24,000 bases of DNA from an uncultured Anaerovorax sp. (GTDB lineage: Bacteria > Bacillota > Clostridia > Peptostreptococcales > Anaerovoracaceae), in contig CAYWVS010000032.1 of assembly GCA_964461765.1 (NCBI GenBank), forward strand, positions 1-24,000, written 5' to 3'. The notes under the pieces are model-generated. The model ran no database searches and had not been told where the DNA came from. It saw only the letters and a list, made by a program, of their open reading frames with translations. Below, piece after piece: positions 23,216 through 24,000 of the stretch. Both the position numbers and the translations under genes were made by a program. How positions within the stretch are numbered: the stretch's first letter is position 1; each line of letters opens with the position of its first letter.

Positions 23216-24000
23216 GACCTATAAAACTCATCGTGTCGGCCTTCGGTCCCTATGCCGGAAAAACGGAAATAGAATTAAGCAGGCTTGGGGAAAAGGGCGT
23301 ATATTTAATTACCGGTGATACGGGGGCAGGAAAAACAACGATTTTTGATGCAATTACTTATGCACTTTTTGGGGAACCCAGTGGTAATGTTCGTGACACT
23401 TCGCTGTTTAGAAGTAAATATGCAGACGTTGAAACACCTACTTTTGTGGAATTAGCATTTGAATACGCAGGACAGAGATATTTTGTAAAACGTAATCCTG
23501 ACTATGAACGTCCGGCAAAACGTGGAGATGGATATGCGTTGCAAAAGGCTGAAGCTGAGCTGCAACTGCCAGACGGTAAGGTGGTGACCAAAATAAAAGA
23601 TGTGAACAATGCGCTTAGACAAATTCTCGGCATTGATCGTTCACAGTTTACACAAATAGCAATGATTGCCCAAGGTGAGTTTTTAAAACTCATTCTTGCC
23701 TCTACAGAAGAACGTCAAAAAATATTCAGAGAGATTTTTGGGACAAGATATTACCAAGTTTTGCAGGACAGATTAAAAAATGAACTATCAGAGCTAAATC
23801 AAAACTGTATTTCCCTGAGGAATAGTGTAAAACAATATGTGGATGGAGCTACCTGCAAGCCCAATGATGTCCTTGAAATGGAACTTGACAAATCAAAATC
23901 TGGAGAGCTACCCATTGCTGATACTATAGAAATAATCGAAAAAATCATTTTCCAAGATAATCGTGAGAAGGAAATATGTTCTGAAAAATTATCAAACCTT
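23212..24000 (+). CDS. sbcC: Exonuclease SbcCD, ATPase subunit C (Rad50-like), 5' part; continues past the window end
   Basis: ATGA overlap with sbcD. MRPIKLIVSAFGPYAGKTEIEL...ITGDTGAGKTTIFDAITYALFG (Walker A), then QFTQIAMIAQGEF (Q-loop region). The frame is open to 24000. Confidence 0.9.
   Translation, partial: MRPIKLIVSAFGPYAGKTEIELSRLGEKGVYLITGDTGAGKTTIFDAITYALFGEPSGNVRDTSLFRSKYADVETPTFVELAFEYAGQRYFVKRNPDYERPAKRGDGYALQKAEAELQLPDGKVVTKIKDVNNALRQILGIDRSQFTQIAMIAQGEFLKLILASTEERQKIFREIFGTRYYQVLQDRLKNELSELNQNCISLRNSVKQYVDGATCKPNDVLEMELDKSKSGELPIADTIEIIEKIIFQDNREKEICSEKLSNL

Overview
Low-GC, Firmicutes/Clostridia-like chromosomal segment with AGGAGG-type ribosome-binding sites (RBSs) and sigma-A-like promoters. 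All family calls come from reading motifs by eye; no database search was possible. The left ~2.5 kb looks like ordinary regulatory genes: an XRE-HTH protein fused to a desulfoferrodoxin-like domain, and a TetR regulator with a membrane protein. From ~2.55 kb to ~22.0 kb lies a densely packed defence/accessory island that ends at the core genes sbcD-sbcC. In order it holds: (1) a class-II Fic protein; (2) a HigB/HigA-like toxin-antitoxin pair whose consensus promoter sits on the truncated 5' end of a DUF1905 gene remnant; (3) a five-gene operon of small ORF + HEPN (Rx4H) protein + complete type I R-M (hsdM-hsdS-hsdR, with an unusually long 859-aa HsdM); (4) a repeat-rich leader followed by a two-gene cassette: a 748-aa ABC/AAA_13-type ATPase with a central CxxC and a PrrC/RloC-like C-terminal R-x3-E...H region, then a 232-aa zinc-knuckle + TIR protein; (5) an IS4-like transposase remnant and a DUF4062 gene remnant; (6) a Gabija-like OLD-nuclease/UvrD-helicase pair with a compact helicase; (7) a graveyard of degraded genes with in-frame stops and a 12-bp tandem repeat. 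The ATPase+TIR cassette (13710-16738) is my top candidate for a previously undescribed defence system. The small-ORF+HEPN pair welded to the R-M operon is second. No rRNA, tRNA or CRISPR array was seen.
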